From: Kondoa subrosea
Lineage: Eukaryota
Assembly (NCBI GenBank): GCA_039545335.1
Contig: BCIN01000001.1
Location: forward strand, 3,661,136 to 3,725,135
Reading direction: 5' to 3'
Length of the DNA stretch: 64,000 nt
The translations under genes and the position numbers were made by a program. The notes beneath the pieces were generated by a model that was not told where the DNA came from, searched no databases, and saw nothing but the letters and a program-made list of their open reading frames with translations. Shown here piece by piece: positions 12,546 through 26,076 of this stretch; the first letter of the stretch is position 1; each line of letters starts with the position of its first letter.

Positions 12546-14710
12546 CTATTCCGCTGCAGGCATTACAACATCCTCTGTCTTCTGTTCCTCGTCGATTTTG
12601 GCTTCAGCTTCAGCAACTGTCGGTACTTCTACTTCCGGTGCAGGTGGTAGCTCTTCCTTCTCTAGCACTGCAATGAGAGCACAATGTTGCCCTCCACTAT
12701 TCATAACAAAAATTAGTAACATCCTGAGATTGGCCTGACAAAAGCTCACGCTGAGCCTTTGAGCACTCGATTTGCTTTTGTTACTGAATTGGCTATCAGA
12801 GTAGGACTCCAGAGTTCTTCCACTACTTTATGATCAGCATGCATCTTGGACAATGGCAAGAAACATACCATTGCCTTGACCCAATTCATGATTCAAGCCC
12901 ATGCCAAATGAATATACCAGACCTCTGGCAGAGACGCAAACGTTATTTCTATACGCAACGCATCAGTTACTTTGTATCAAACACCAAACAAGCCGAGTCA
13001 CCTAGTTCCAGCAGATATCGAAACGATTTTGGCCGGAGCATCCTCCTTGAAGCCTCTTTCTTCATCTTCCTCTTCTTCAGGGAATTCAACAGGAGTGGGT
13101 ACGCCAATCATTTCTTGCGGCATGACTACTCTGCTCGCTCCTATTTCCGCAGCTTGTTTTGAAGCTTCTTCATCAGTCATGTCTTCCAATTCTCCGCCTT
13201 CACTTCGTTTCTCAGCTATTTCTGCTTGACATTCTGCTACTGCTTTATCTCGAGCTGCTTGACCTTCGTTGACTGCTTTTTTGAGCGAAACGAGTAAAGG
13301 ATGGTCTTTGGCTAAACCGAGTTGACCGCAGTCACATCGACCGCATGCCGACACTGTTCCATCGTTGAAAAGGAAAAGCGTATGATGTTCTCCTCCGCTG
13401 TCCGTTGAGCATCAGCTTCCAAGTCAAATGAACCCAATTTGACGAACTCACGCAACTGCTACGACTGTTTTGCCATTATTATTGCTTGGATGTAAAGCCA
13501 AGACTTCAGTAGGATATGGTATAATATCTTCAGCTGTCCCATCTTCATTTACTATACCGCATCTAAATACTTATCAGTAACAAGTCTTTGTAAAGCCAAG
13601 GGTCGAGACGTACTGCCCAAAGCTGTTTAAACCCCAAGCGTACACTGATCCATCTTTCAACAAAGCAAAAGAATGGAACGCTCCAGCTCCGACATGAATC
13701 ACTTCTTTCAAAGCCAATCGATCGGGATATAAACCATTGACCAATCTTCTAGCCATGATTTTCCTTCCTAATTGACTTTGCTGCCCACTTCCCCATGTCC
13801 AGACATGGCCGTTTGTATCCAAAGCAAGAACATGATTTTGACCAACAGCAGCTTCAGAGAAACGTAAAGAGGTAAGATTATCTGGTGTTATAGGGTTGAA
13901 TTCGACTTCTGCTGAGCCAGGTTTTCCGTCGAACCCAATTCGACCTTCATTACCCTGTCATGCTAATGAGACACAAATTACCGCTATTTATGCCTGACTT
14001 ACCCTGAAGGATCCCCAAACTTTCAGATGACCATCTTCGGAAAGTACGACAGAAACGGAATCTCCAGCATAAACTTTGGCCGCTTTGAATTTCTTGACAT
14101 CCAAACCTTGGACCAACCCAGGAGTCATTTCTAATTCCTCTTGATCTTTACCCTCAACACCAGAAGTGATTCTACCTAAAGCACCAGAATCGTTTATACC
14201 AAAAGACCAAACTTTGCCTTCGATATCTACTACCAAAGTATGTAATCCACCACATTCTACATCACTTATTCCACTTAGTTTGCCTTCTTTGACTAAATCA
14301 TTGAACAAAGCATGAATTCTAGGTCGTTTGATTGCATCCAATACATCAGGTCCTAGCCCAAATTGACCAAAATTGCCAGTACCGAATGTCAAGAGAGCCG
14401 GTGAGTTGGTTGATACAGGTCTCAAGTCAAAAGTGAAAGGTAAAGTAGGGTAAGCTGAATTCTTGGGAGTAGGGTTGAAGCCAGGTTTCCTGGTTGCTCG
14501 TGTAGTTGTCCCATTACTCGATTCACCACCAGCAGCAGCAGAAGTACGAGCTCGCTTAGCTGGTCGCTTCTCTTCTACAGGTGGAACAATAGCTGATATC
14601 CGTCGAGAAGACCTTCTAGGCGGTTCGCTCACTTCAGAAGCGGCTGACAGAGTACAGTCAGAGGTGCCACTTAGGCGTATGCCTGACATAGGCTCACTGC
14701 GTTTGACCAT
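12546..14710 (-). CDS. RCC1: RCC1 / Ran guanine-nucleotide exchange factor (Pim1/Srm1)
   Basis: RCC1 blades FGTGNFGQFGLG, CGGLHTL, WSFGINDSGALGR, AGDSVS, VWTWGSGQQSQLGR, GAFHSFA, WGLNSFGQ, GGEHHTL, GRCDCGQLG and GGQH. Basic N-terminus. Confidence 0.93.
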
Positions 14711-14904
14711 TTTTTACGCGCAAAGTGGATGTTGGGTCAGAAGAAGAAAACAAGCGGAAGTCGAAAAAAAGGTCAAAGGCAAAATAATGTGACATGCAAT
14801 ATGGCAAGAGTCTCTAAGTTATGCAGTTAAGTGATATACAAAGCAGAAAGGTAATACAATGCGAAACGAAAACCCGGAAAACGCTGTCACTGATCCAAAG
14901 ATCT

Positions 14905-17677
14905 TCACTTCTCATCCCGAATGCTAGCTTGTTTGGTCCAAGGAGAGCTAAGTAGTCCAGGTCTAGACATAGCTGAAGGAGTTGCAAAGTCTTCGTATGC
15001 TCCAAACATCGATGACTGCTGAGGTACTAATCCAAGCGATTTACTGAAATCGGGATGAGCTGGTGAAGAAAGTAGGTATTGACCAGGTGAAGAAGGTGGA
15101 CCAGAGATAGCTGTGAAATAGTCGGGCTTTCAGCTTCGTACGGAGCATAAGTCTCAATCTACTCACCAGCGAAATTTAAATGAGCAGGAGTACCCAAAAC
15201 ATTAGATGAACTTGTAGTAAACACTCCCTCTCGTTCCGGTTCAGGCGAAGATTGCATAGCATAAGTTGACCTTTCAGCAGATTGACTATCGTGTTTGTCC
15301 ATATCAGCAAACAAATCTTGCTGTTCTCCGCCAGCAATCCCACGCGAAGGTGTGCCGAAGGATAATGCAGAAGGAGGTGGAGAAGATAAAACGTGTTCCA
15401 ACATTCGAGCTCGTTTAGTTGGTCGATCATCCTCATCTTCCTCTGCCGCTTCTACAGGTCGAATCGTTACATCTCCTCCATCAAGACCTTCCTCATGCTC
15501 ATCCCTTTTCCTAATGTTCGAAGGTTTCTCAGGTGAATTAGGAGCAGAAGAAGATCCAGTCTTCAAAGCCAACAATTGCAAAGCCGCTTCTTCTTGATGT
15601 CCAGAAATAGCTCTTCCCCTTGAAGGTCTTTGGGCTGACAATAGGCTATTACTACTACCGCCCGCTTGCACAGGTCCGCTTTGTTGTAACATTTCAGCAA
15701 TGGCTCGTTGGGTTTCCGAATGGTTTTGCTGAATGGGAATGTCATAATGAGGTGAACTTGCAGGTGGTGCAGAAGTAGGTCGAGCTGGTAGTCTAGGTAC
15801 TTCTAGACCATTAGGATTGGAACCAGCAGCGTAACTTGGAGGAAGGGAAGAAAACAATTCAGGATAAGAGTTGTGTGCTTGCTGTTCAAAGTAGTTGACA
15901 TGCTGAGATACCATTGGTTGAGGCTGTGCAATTTGAGCTGGGTAAGAAGTAGGATGGGATGCATGAGAAGCAGGAAAAGAGTAAGACCGGTTGTTTGTCA
16001 ATTGATCCAAAGTTGGTAGAGGCGTGAGTCCGCTTGGAGGAAAGGGTTGCACAGAAAGCCGATGGTCAAACGAATTCTGACCATACTGAAGCCAGGGTGG
16101 AGGTACTTGCATACCCCAGGTCTGTTGTTGTTTTGGAAAGGAAAAGCCTTGACCGACAGTTGGTGGCTTGGTCCTGGTTGAGCCTGAAGAAGTGGGTTGA
16201 GTAGAGCGGTTGGCAATTGGCATAGAAGTGCTGCGAATCATAGGCGGAGGAGCCAACATCTGACCTTGAGGTGCAGCCGACCAAGAGTGAGCCATAGGAT
16301 CAATCTGATGTGCCGCTTGCAGCAACATTGTTGGGGCCTGGGAAGGCACAAAAGAAGAGGACTGCTGAAAATCAGTGCGATCTGAATGGTCAGACATTGT
16401 TGAGCCAACACTAGGCGATCTTGACATGCTTCGGCTTGGTCCAGCTTGGGGTGGCATCAATAAAGTGCTATCAGCTGGTTCTTGAGAGGTTGCTTCAGCT
16501 TTCTTTGCCTTCTTATCTGCTCTTGCTTTCCTAGCCCAGCGTCTCTTAGCTTCCAATGTCCGCTCCCTCCGTTCATCATCGTTCTGAGGTCTGTCCGAGA
16601 CTACGAGAGAATGAGAAACGTTACATGAAAGCGCCCTGTATGCTCACCATTATCCCATCTAGTTTTCCGAGGTTGTAGAGCAAGAGGAATAGCGTGCTTA
16701 TCTTGCAAATGTCGGCGCCAAATAGAACGAGCATGTTTTCCAGAGTACTTCTTGCTGCAATAGGGACAGGGAAAAGTGACAACGCCAGTGTTCGGATCAA
16801 CGATGGGTTCAGGCTGGATTTCATTGACAGTAGCTGGAAGATTTGGAGGTTGAGAAGGTTGTTGGCTGGATTCTGCTTCGGGCGAAGGAGATTTAGATTT
16901 ATTCGTAGACAGATTTGGCGAAGGAAGGAGTAGCGGATCGGTTACAGCTTCTAATTTTGCGACTTTCAATTGTGGCTGGGGCTGTTCTTGCAAGAAATCT
17001 GGTAGAGAGGCTGAAGTTGAAGCGAGAGGAAGGATACTTTTGGCATGAGAAACTCTTCCAGGCGATCGAGTATTGGTAGATCCAGGCGATGCAGCTGCTA
17101 GAGGCCAAGGACGTCGTGAGCGTGAAGGGTCATTGTCCATTGGTAAGTCATTGAGGGGAAAGCATGAGACATCGAAAGTCGACAGAAAGTCCATGTTGAA
17201 TTGGGCATTGAGTGTAGGTGCAGACATTGCACGAGTGATTGTTGAAAATGTGATGTTGATGTTGAGGTGGAAGACAAAGAAAATACAAAACCGAAAGGCA
17301 ATAACAACATCGAGGAAAATAAAGCGTCAGAATAGCGAAATCGACCAGACAAATGAGACAAGGATCACGTAAGCAAGCAGATACAGTAGAAAAGAGAGAA
17401 GAAAGAGGGAAAAGGGGGAGGCATTGATCAGTTCCGAGTTTATGCAAACAAAGCGGTTGGACTGACCTGAAGCACTGGCTTTGGCTTTCTTCTTTCCTTT
17501 CGAAGCAGCAGTACCAGTGACTGCTTTCTTGCCCTTTCGCGTGTTGTAAGGGGATGTGCCAGGCGTGTCTTCGACCACTTCATTTGGCTGAGTCGATGTT
17601 GTTGCAGTATCTTCTTCTTCGGGTTCACGAGCTGCGTCGCTCAGCTTCCTGCGCTTCCCATTGCTAGACACTGCCAT
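14905..17677 (-). CDS. Putative transcription factor with a single C2H2 finger followed by a basic helix and a long low-complexity region
   Basis: FPCPYCSKKYSGKHARSIWRRHLQDKH followed by RKTRWDN...RRERTLEAKRRWARKAR. First exon MAVSSNGKRRK is in the same frame across a 369-nt GT-AG intron. Last exon read to TGA at 14905. Confidence 0.72.
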
Positions 17678-17916
17678 GGTGAATCACTTGAAGGCACAAC
17701 CTTGTCCGAGATCGTCGATATACCAAAAGAAGACAGTCAAAACTCGCAAACTCATGTTTTCGAGCAAGTCAAAAGTTCCGGAATTATGCAAAGGCTACTG
17801 TCTCGTTCTCATCATACACTGTCCCTGCTTACAAAATCCCCTGATTCTATGTACTTTTGGTTTCGGACCGCATCATACAGCATACCGTTCACTGCCGTAT
17901 CAGACTCGAATGCTCT

Positions 17917-19772
17917 TCAGATTCCGTTTTCCGCGTTCCATTCAGCATTCATATCGACTGGAAGTTGAGCAGGCGCATGATCATGCGAAGAATCGCTGCA
18001 GTGAGAGTTATGCGTTTCTTGTGTGTTGCCGCAAGTCTCTTGTTCTTGTTTGTAATGTCGCTGCGTAAGTTAAGTCAGCCTTCAGCATACATTCAAGACG
18101 TGAACAGCCGGACCTGGAGAGCATCCAAGCGTCTGAATGGACGACCACAAGTTTCGCAGCGGAATTTGACTACGCTGGAATGAAGGTCTGCATGACGCTT
18201 CAAATCGTGAGCTCTTGCAAAAGCTTTTCCACATCCTGAGAAAGTGCAAGCGAAAGGTCTTTCGCCGTTGTCTGTGCCAGCAAAGACATGAGCATCGGTC
18301 TTTCGAATGAACCAGCGAACTCACGAACTCTAATATGGCCACGAAGATTATCTGTGACAGCAAAGACATTTGAGCATTAGTCTTTCGAAATAAGTAGGAA
18401 ACTTACAAGCTCGAGTGAAAGTCTCGTTGCAGAAAGGACAGGCGAATTTAGCTTCAGCACCAGGTTTGCGTCTTGCAATAGCAGCTTGCTTTGTAGCAGA
18501 TGTGGTTTGCGATTGCCAGTGCAGAGGTTCAGTAGCGACATGCATAGTTGCTCTTCTGCCTGTAGTGTGGGTTCGAGTACCTCCAGCTTTGACTGGCGGG
18601 TAAGAGGCTCGACGTCTGTCTTCCGTCGCTCCATTTCCAAGTGCTCGTGTTTGCTGCAGACACAAAGTCAGCATCGAAGTCTCAGCTGCAGAAGGGCGTC
18701 TTACTCTCTGATCAGGCTCAGATTCGCCTGTAGAGTGCTCAGCATATTCTAGGTCAGTATAGCTTGGCTGCATTTCGTAAATTGGCTGTCAAGATCTGAT
18801 TAGATTTTGCTTGAGTCGAAAGGCGAGAGAGAACAAACATCATAGAAGCCAAATTGAGGTACACCAGTCCATGGACGATGGCCTTCAGCAGTAACGGTAT
18901 ATCCGTCTAGAGGTGAAGGGAAAGGAGGCGCCAAGGAATGCATTGGAGGCATTTGATGCATGCCAGGACCAATGTGATTCGGATTAACACCTTGAAAGAA
19001 TGACTGAGGTTCTTGCTGAAAGAAGGGTTGTGAAAGGAACTGAAGCGGAGGGTTTTTCCAGTAAGAATGTGCTTGCTAGAAATATAATCAGCCCTTAAGT
19101 TTCGAAATAGACAAGGATAGAACATACTGGAGTAGCATCCATATCGGTCAAAGTCTTGCCCGCAAGATATTGATGCAATGGAGAGTCGTTGCTATCGGAT
19201 TCGTCCCCTCCTGCAATAGGCATAGCTGGCGTATGATACTGAGCGTGAGTGCTGGAAGTAGGGCTCGTTACATGATTGACAGGAAGAGACCAAGAGGTTT
19301 CGACAGAGCTAGATTCACTGGTGTTGCCTACTGAATGGCTTCGCAAACGAGATTGCTGGTTGTGGTTGAAAACCATGTTGCTGAACACGTCAGAGAAGTT
19401 GTCATGAAGATGATTGTGAGGCACAGGAATAACAGGAGAGTCGATAGGAGAATAATCAGAAGAGTTGCTTGTACTTCCTGTGCTTTCACTGTCGCTTTCA
19501 TAACCTTGATATCCGCTGCGGTAATGTATTTGCAAAGCATCATTGACCGAGTTAGGGTTTAGTGCTAGCTGACCAAGATCATGGCCTCTAACCGAAGCTT
19601 CAATTTGAGCCAACGTTTCTGCGGCATCGGTAGTTGGTTTCTCAATCTGCAGAGGAGCGAGAGTAGGGTAACTTCGAGGTTGCTGAGAATCGGTCGTATT
19701 CGAACGACTATTCGGAGGAGCCATAGTACGGGTCGGAATACTGTAGAAGGAAGATGAGGCTGAAGAAGTCAT
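17917..19772 (-). CDS. Crz1-like three-finger C2H2 transcription factor
   Basis: Spliced fingers [73 protein letters not shown] resemble Crz1/CrzA fingers. Ser-rich N-terminus. Orthology versus paralogy is unresolved. Confidence 0.78.
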
Positions 19773-20319
19773 CTTGAATTGCCTTGAAAGAGGGAAGAGA
19801 AGAGGAAAGCGGAAATCTATTTGACCTGTTGTCCTTCTTTAACAATACTTCTCGGGCAGTGTTTGTCCGATGTATATGGCGTTTTAGAACAGAAAGTCAA
19901 AGATGAATGAAAAGCACGGTATGCTGTGCAATTTTGGACACAGCCCAGAGACAAAAAACGCTTGGACAAGTGTTAGACCTAGATCCAACGAGAAAGGCTT
20001 CAATTTGTATCGGCACTGGCCATTATGACACTCCTGAACAGAATCAATGGCAATCACTTGGATCACTCGAGCAATGAAGAGGGCAGTGCCGGATCTGGAG
20101 CCTGGTAAGCGGCGTTCGAGCGATGCTGTTCATCAATTGCCTGTAGAAGCAGTGCTGTTTTGGAACGTGTCTAAGCCTTCTTGATGAACGGGAAACCGCT
20201 ATGAAAGCCAAGTACAGAAATTGCGAAAAAGAGGACCAGCGTGGTTCAATTTAGTGCAGAGCTCATATACATACAGTGGACGTAATTCTCGTGTGTATAT
20301 GATTTATACAGAGTTCGTT

Positions 20320-22378
20320 TCAAGCAGCTGTCGTTCCGAATTGCTTGACATGCTCGACGAACAATTCTAATCTTTCAAGTCGAGCCATAGCTGAGGGGTC
20401 GAAGTTTTCTACCACAGCCACTGCTTTCGTTGAGGCTGACGAAGATCTTGACAAGGTAATAATGTTGGTGATTAGAAGCAAGAGAGCAACAGCAGTCATA
20501 AGGATTAGAGCGGGCTGATTTGGAATGTCCATAAGTCCAGAAATTGCTTGTGAGAAGAAAGGCTCGGCTTCTTCTACCTCTTCGGAAGCATCTTTCTCAT
20601 CTTCGCCATCAAGCTGAATAGACTGGAATCAGCTGAATAGCAACTCCGCCAGGCAGATTAACACAAACCTCGTCATCTGCTGCTTCGTCGACTGCTTCAC
20701 CGGATTTGAATTGATCCGCGTGAGCTTTGATATGCGCTCTGAGCTCTGACGCCAAAGATTTGTGATATGTGCGTTGTCCCTGAAACCAAACATCAGTCTT
20801 GGCTTCAGCACAGAAGGAGAAGACACTGACATCGATACTAGCTTTGGTGATCACACCCTTCAACATACTTCTTCCACTCCAATCGACCTGAGTAGTAACC
20901 AGAATTTTGCATCCACCTTTCTGTCCGCCAGCCCAAGAAGCTGAAGTCTTTGTTTTGCACTCGAAAGCGTCACCGGAAGGTACGTCTGGAGTCTTGGTCA
21001 CTGTCATCATCTCGAGATAGCCTTCCGGATCGTTGTGAAGTTCTTCTTCCTCGATATGGCATTTTGTTTCTTTCGGTCCAACAGATCCCGTCAAAGGCTA
21101 AGAAGCCTTTAGCTGAAATTAGGGCCATGATAACGTATCGGCTTACTTTGGTGTAGCTGAAGCTACGTTTTGGTGGTTCTCCCGACCAAGGCTTGATATC
21201 CATGTCTACGAATCGAAAGTCAGCAGAATGTTAAAGACTTTGCTGGAAGTTACCTCTGAGTTTCATACTGTCTGCAAACTTCCTGTAAAACTCTTCATCC
21301 TTGAAGATGAGTTCGAAAGCTTTGGCAGGTGAAGTAGGTAGCCGAATGTCCAGTACCGTTTCCTGTTCATCTACTATCAGCTCTCATAATATCAAGCGTA
21401 TTACAGCATCAGCAACAAACCTTCAGTGGTTTGGTGCCCGCTTGAGTTGCAGCATGAGTCTTTGAATCACTTCTTGACATATCCCCTTTGACATCGTCTT
21501 CAGTTGCATCGTCCCCAGCATCGGTGGTATTGAGGACGTCTTTTTCTTGGGTAGCAGCAGCAGCAAAAGCCTAAGCAGACGATTCAGCTGTAATTGCCGC
21601 TTGCAAAGAGAAAACATACTTCTGGGTTTGCTACTCTCCACATATCGGTAATTAGATCAAACGTAGCGTCCCGAGTGTTTAACGTTGCAAATTGATACTG
21701 CATAATAATGATCAGTGATTCCACAATCGCAGTCGAAGTAGGCTGACTGTTTCTCCCTTGGCTTCGATCGTCAAACCGTTGGGAATGATTTTGGCCGTCA
21801 TGCGCTTTTTGACACTAGCAACAGAGAGAGCTTTAAGAATACCTCATTTGTGGTCAGGGGAGCAACTCACGCAGTAATCTCGGCGATAGGAAAGCAGATT
21901 CTACGCTTCAGTCCAAGAAGGTTGCTACCGAAAGCAATGTGTTCTTCACGACTAATAAGAATCCGATACGATACTTCTACTACATCGACGTACTTTGTGA
22001 CACGTAGAGATAACCTTGAATGAGAATCGCTTCGTTCAAAGCACAAGAATAGTCCGCAATAAGCTGCTCGTTCGGATCCATATTGTCGTGAAAATGTGAC
22101 TGCCATTTTGATTCCCTGCGCACGGATGCAGTAGTGGATACAGTCGAGGTAACACTGGGGGCCCTTTGTGTTCGAGGTGCAACTGGTGAAGTTTGGTTTG
22201 GCAGAGGAATAGAGTCGTGTCCCATGAAGCTTGCCTGGCTGTTCATAGGCGTCACATCTCCGTCCGTTGATCCACTAGTCTCATACTCTTTTGCAATCGT
22301 CTGAGCAGGAGTCATGTCTTCCTCGGAGTGCGAAGGCCTGATATGGACTTTGGTAGCAATCTTATCAATCAGTGTCAT
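20320..22378 (-). CDS. GRAM + VASt sterol-transfer membrane contact protein (LAM/Ysp2/Aster family)
   Basis: GRAM motif EQLIADYSCAL..ILIQGYLY, KKRMTAKIIPNGL, VASt motif TKTPDVPSGDAFECKT...VDWSGRSMLKGVI, and a C-terminal TM. Confidence 0.9.
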
Positions 22379-22625
22379 TCTTGGGATTCCTTCGAGTAGA
22401 GCACAAGGTCAAGGAGATCCAATAAATCTGGAGAATGGCTTCTGGACAAGGGGGAAGAAGCCTCCGCGGTGTTCGCAATTGAGAAACGTCATCGAAAACA
22501 ATGCTGAAAATAATACATGGGAGCTATACACTGTCTATACACAATCTTATTCTTGTCGTCAGTAGCATATATACACAGTTTAAGGCTGGAATAAAAAGGA
22601 AAGAAAGGGAGAACATTTACGTAAG

Positions 22626-25310
22626 CTACTGGTTGTTCCACCTGTGCATGACCACAGATCCCGAAGAACCTCCGCGAGACTCCCAAGAAGTAGACATAAG
22701 TTCTCCTCGCAAAGGATGCCATGAGACATCTCTAACTGTCGTGCCTCCACTGTGGGTTGGGTTTGGCGTTCCTTCAGCTCTAGCAGAACTAGGAGGCGCC
22801 ATTGCTGGATCTGCATGGATGCCTTTGACGTCGCGTCGATCGAGAACGCTGGCGACTTGTCCATCCAATCCCCAAATCTGTATTCGGTCCTTCGCTTCAG
22901 TCACCGCAGGACTGTAAAAGGAACAGAACCTACGTGTATGCGACCATCGGAGCTTCCAGAGTAAATGTAACCTGTCACATTTGTTAGCGACTGTCCAACC
23001 GGGCAAGAGGGTCAGACATACGTTGACCAGTAGACATTGCAGGCGAGAAATGACATCGGATCAAAGTTTGAAGTACCGCATGACCAGTATAAGTGCAAAC
23101 AGAGACATCATTTGGATGTTTTACGTGTCCTTTATCCAAATCGTCAGCTCTCAGTTCAGCCTTGTGAGCGAAAAAGACATCATACGAGGTTTGCGGTAAA
23201 GAGGTCCACGATAATCCCATTGAGGCACACCAGCGTTCCTAGGTCGTAATTCTCGAGCAGCTTCAGCACTGTAGAGTTTTCGCAGATCCCACAGTTTGGC
23301 GGTTTGATCTTTCCCGTTACTGACCAAGTAGCGATTATCGCCTTTTGGACTGACGAATGTTAGACCTTCTGTATGACCGACTAGGACACCTGACGGACAA
23401 TAATTCATAAACCTAGGCTTGTGAACAGGCAAAGTTTCGGGAGATCGCTTACCTGAAGGTGTCATTCCTCTCATGGAACGACGATCCCAAATTTTGATCA
23501 ACGAGTCGTCCGATCCACTAACGAGGACATTGCTTGACATCTCATCGGCGAAACAGACAGCGCTTTAGCCCACCATATTAGCTCTTCCGATTCGAATTGA
23601 GTTCCAATGAAAAGAACATACTTTACATCATCTTGATGCGCTTGAATACGTAGCACAGTCTTACGACTCTCGATATCGTATAGGAAAATACTGCCATGAT
23701 TCGCACCGGCAACGATTTCTTTCGCGTCTGCCGAAAATCGAATGGACCAGATCTGTGAAAAACGTTGAGAACAAGTCACATTTGAAGAAGAGATAGAAGA
23801 GAACGAACACCGAAATCCATTCGACCACCAGCGGCGAAATTGAGCTGAGTGTAATCTGATCGATGAGCACCCAATTCTTCTAGTGTATCACCTTCTCTTG
23901 TATGTACGTAATTGACAATTGGTCCAATCCTAACGATTGTTCATTGACTGTAGTCAGAGTTGGAGTGTAAATGGAACATACGTTGAATAGATCAGCGCAT
24001 TGTTATTAGGCGAAAGATTACCATCCTACCCTACTCGTCAATTTGGTCCAAAAACAACGTGAAAGTGACGACATACAGTGATAGTCCATCGAGAATGTGC
24101 ATCATGCGCTTCAACGCTCTTGATCAATTTCAAAACGCTCTTGTCTTCTGATCGACTAGGTGCCCATCGACTAGTAGTAGATCTCATAGATCGATGTGAA
24201 TGAGTTGAGACCGGTTCTGAATCGACTAGACCTTTTCTAATACTTGTTGAAGGCGATTGAGTGGTGTCATAGATCCGAATGCGAAAATCTTGGGCGCAGG
24301 CTATTTTGATGTTAGAACGTTTGACGAATCATGAATAGTTGCATACTGTAATAGAAGGATCCGTCTGTAAGGGAAAAAAAACTTATAAGCTTTGAAACAG
24401 CTCTAAGCAATGGAATCCTTGCCTTTCGAGTACTGTCCGCAGTAGATGTTTGCATCATAACGACATACTTCTGCTCCAACAGAATTTGGTAGGCAAGTCT
24501 GCAACTCTCAATTGAGCAACAATACCACACAATAAATCGCATATTGACTAACCTCGCCAAAATCTTGCCTTGAAGGTGCTCTCCAATTCCGTTCTCTTTT
24601 CCTCAACATATCGCTAACATTCGTTGACAGACTTTGCAACTGTCTTCGTCTCTCCATCAATTTCCTCGGAGTCTTGCCAAACTCTCCACCTCGTTCCAAA
24701 AGCAAACCTTCAGGTTTAGGTTCGGTGCATACTTCAAAGAAAGGTTTCCTCTCTCTACTAGAAGGCATTGTTCTTCTTCTCCCTCCCCAATCATCATCAT
24801 CGTCATCATCCAAGAGTTCATCACCATCTTCTTCATCTGATCCACCTGGTAAGTTTGCTTGAGCTCCTAAATGACGTTGCAAGAGTGCTCGAAGACCAGG
24901 TGCTCGACGTAAGAGATTAGCTGAAAGTGGGATAGGCGTTTCTCCTTCCATGAGATAAACTCGACCAGTAGAAGCTATAATTGCAGCCACACATTCAACT
25001 TCATCTCTGTGCTGATGAAAGGTGAAGCATACGATCCATGACGATCCTTACAGGATCACCAGTCGAATCAGCTATTTCAACATTCAATCGATCGGATTAA
25101 GCGGGGTGATACAGACAAGGACTGACCAGCTGCTCCTCTAGTATTCGCAGCAGGGGCTGTCTCCTCTTCTTCAGCTTCAAGCAATTCTTCCTCTTCTTCG
25201 ATCTCATCAGCCATAGCTTCCAGTATGTCCATATCCACATTCTCATTATCTTCACTCGGAGCGTAATCGAGGTCATCGCTCTCATCAGTCCATTCACCAG
25301 GCATAGACAT
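22626..25310 (-). CDS. WD40 protein DCAF11/WDR23 (LEC14B) family, CUL4-DDB1 substrate receptor
   Basis: IWSIRFSADAKEIVAG, AHQDDV, SGSDDSLIKIWDRRSM, GHTEGLTFVSPKGD.RY, KDQTAKLWDLRK, WDYR, YTGHAVLQTLIRCHFSP and VRDVSWHP. Confidence 0.92.
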
Positions 25311-25425
25311 GTTGAGCTGTATGGAGCTGTATAGGGTATAGTAAAGCAGCTAGGAGTGCCAAAGAGTGGCAGCTGATAGACAACTGTGAGATGCCGAAAT
25401 ATCACCAGGTTGACCTAGGACGGTC

Positions 25426-26076
25426 ATGCCGCCTCTCAAACTCAAAGGGGATGCACCAAAGAAGTGCGGGCACTCTATCAATGGCCATAACACAGTCTGC
25501 TGACGATGCTTGACTGCAACAGAAAGAAGAAATCCAGTTCATCTGCTAAATTGAAGGATGAAAGCGATTTACAAGGTCATCAAGCTGTTGTCGCTTCTGG
25601 TTCTGGATCACGCAAAGAAGTAGGAGGAGGAGGATCGCGTAATGCTACTCCACCGGTCGCATTGGATCCAGAGGAAGAGATGAATGCTGGAAAAACAGAG
25701 GCCGAGAAACGATTCTTAGCTGTTCAGCGAAAGCGGGTCAGTTCTGAGGTTATCGCGCACAATGAGGGAGATGATACTGATTAGTTTGGGATTAGCTTGC
25801 GGAAAAGGCGGCTAAAGGAGCAAAGATGTCTCACAAGGTAGGCATTCGATTTGGAATGGCTGCTCATCTGGCTTAAGAAATGGTGTCAATTATAGGACAG
25901 AGTCGCTGCCTTTAACGAGAAACTGGAGTCTTTATCGGAGCATCAGTGAGTTCTCTTTATATAGGTTGAAATATCGCTAATCCTGTTTCGCTACAGCGAT
26001 ATCCCAAAGGTATGCCTTTTCTGCAATATGCGTTGTACGTGTCTCAAGAACAACACTGCAGGTTGGTCCTGGATAG
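25426..26076 (+). CDS. FAM32A / DUF1754 family small nuclear protein (six or more exons)
   Basis: Spliced MPPLKLKG..., KTEAEKRF..VQRKR, SHK|DRVAAFNEKLESLSEH|HDIPK|VGPG*, which is the family's signature C-terminus. Confidence 0.92.
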
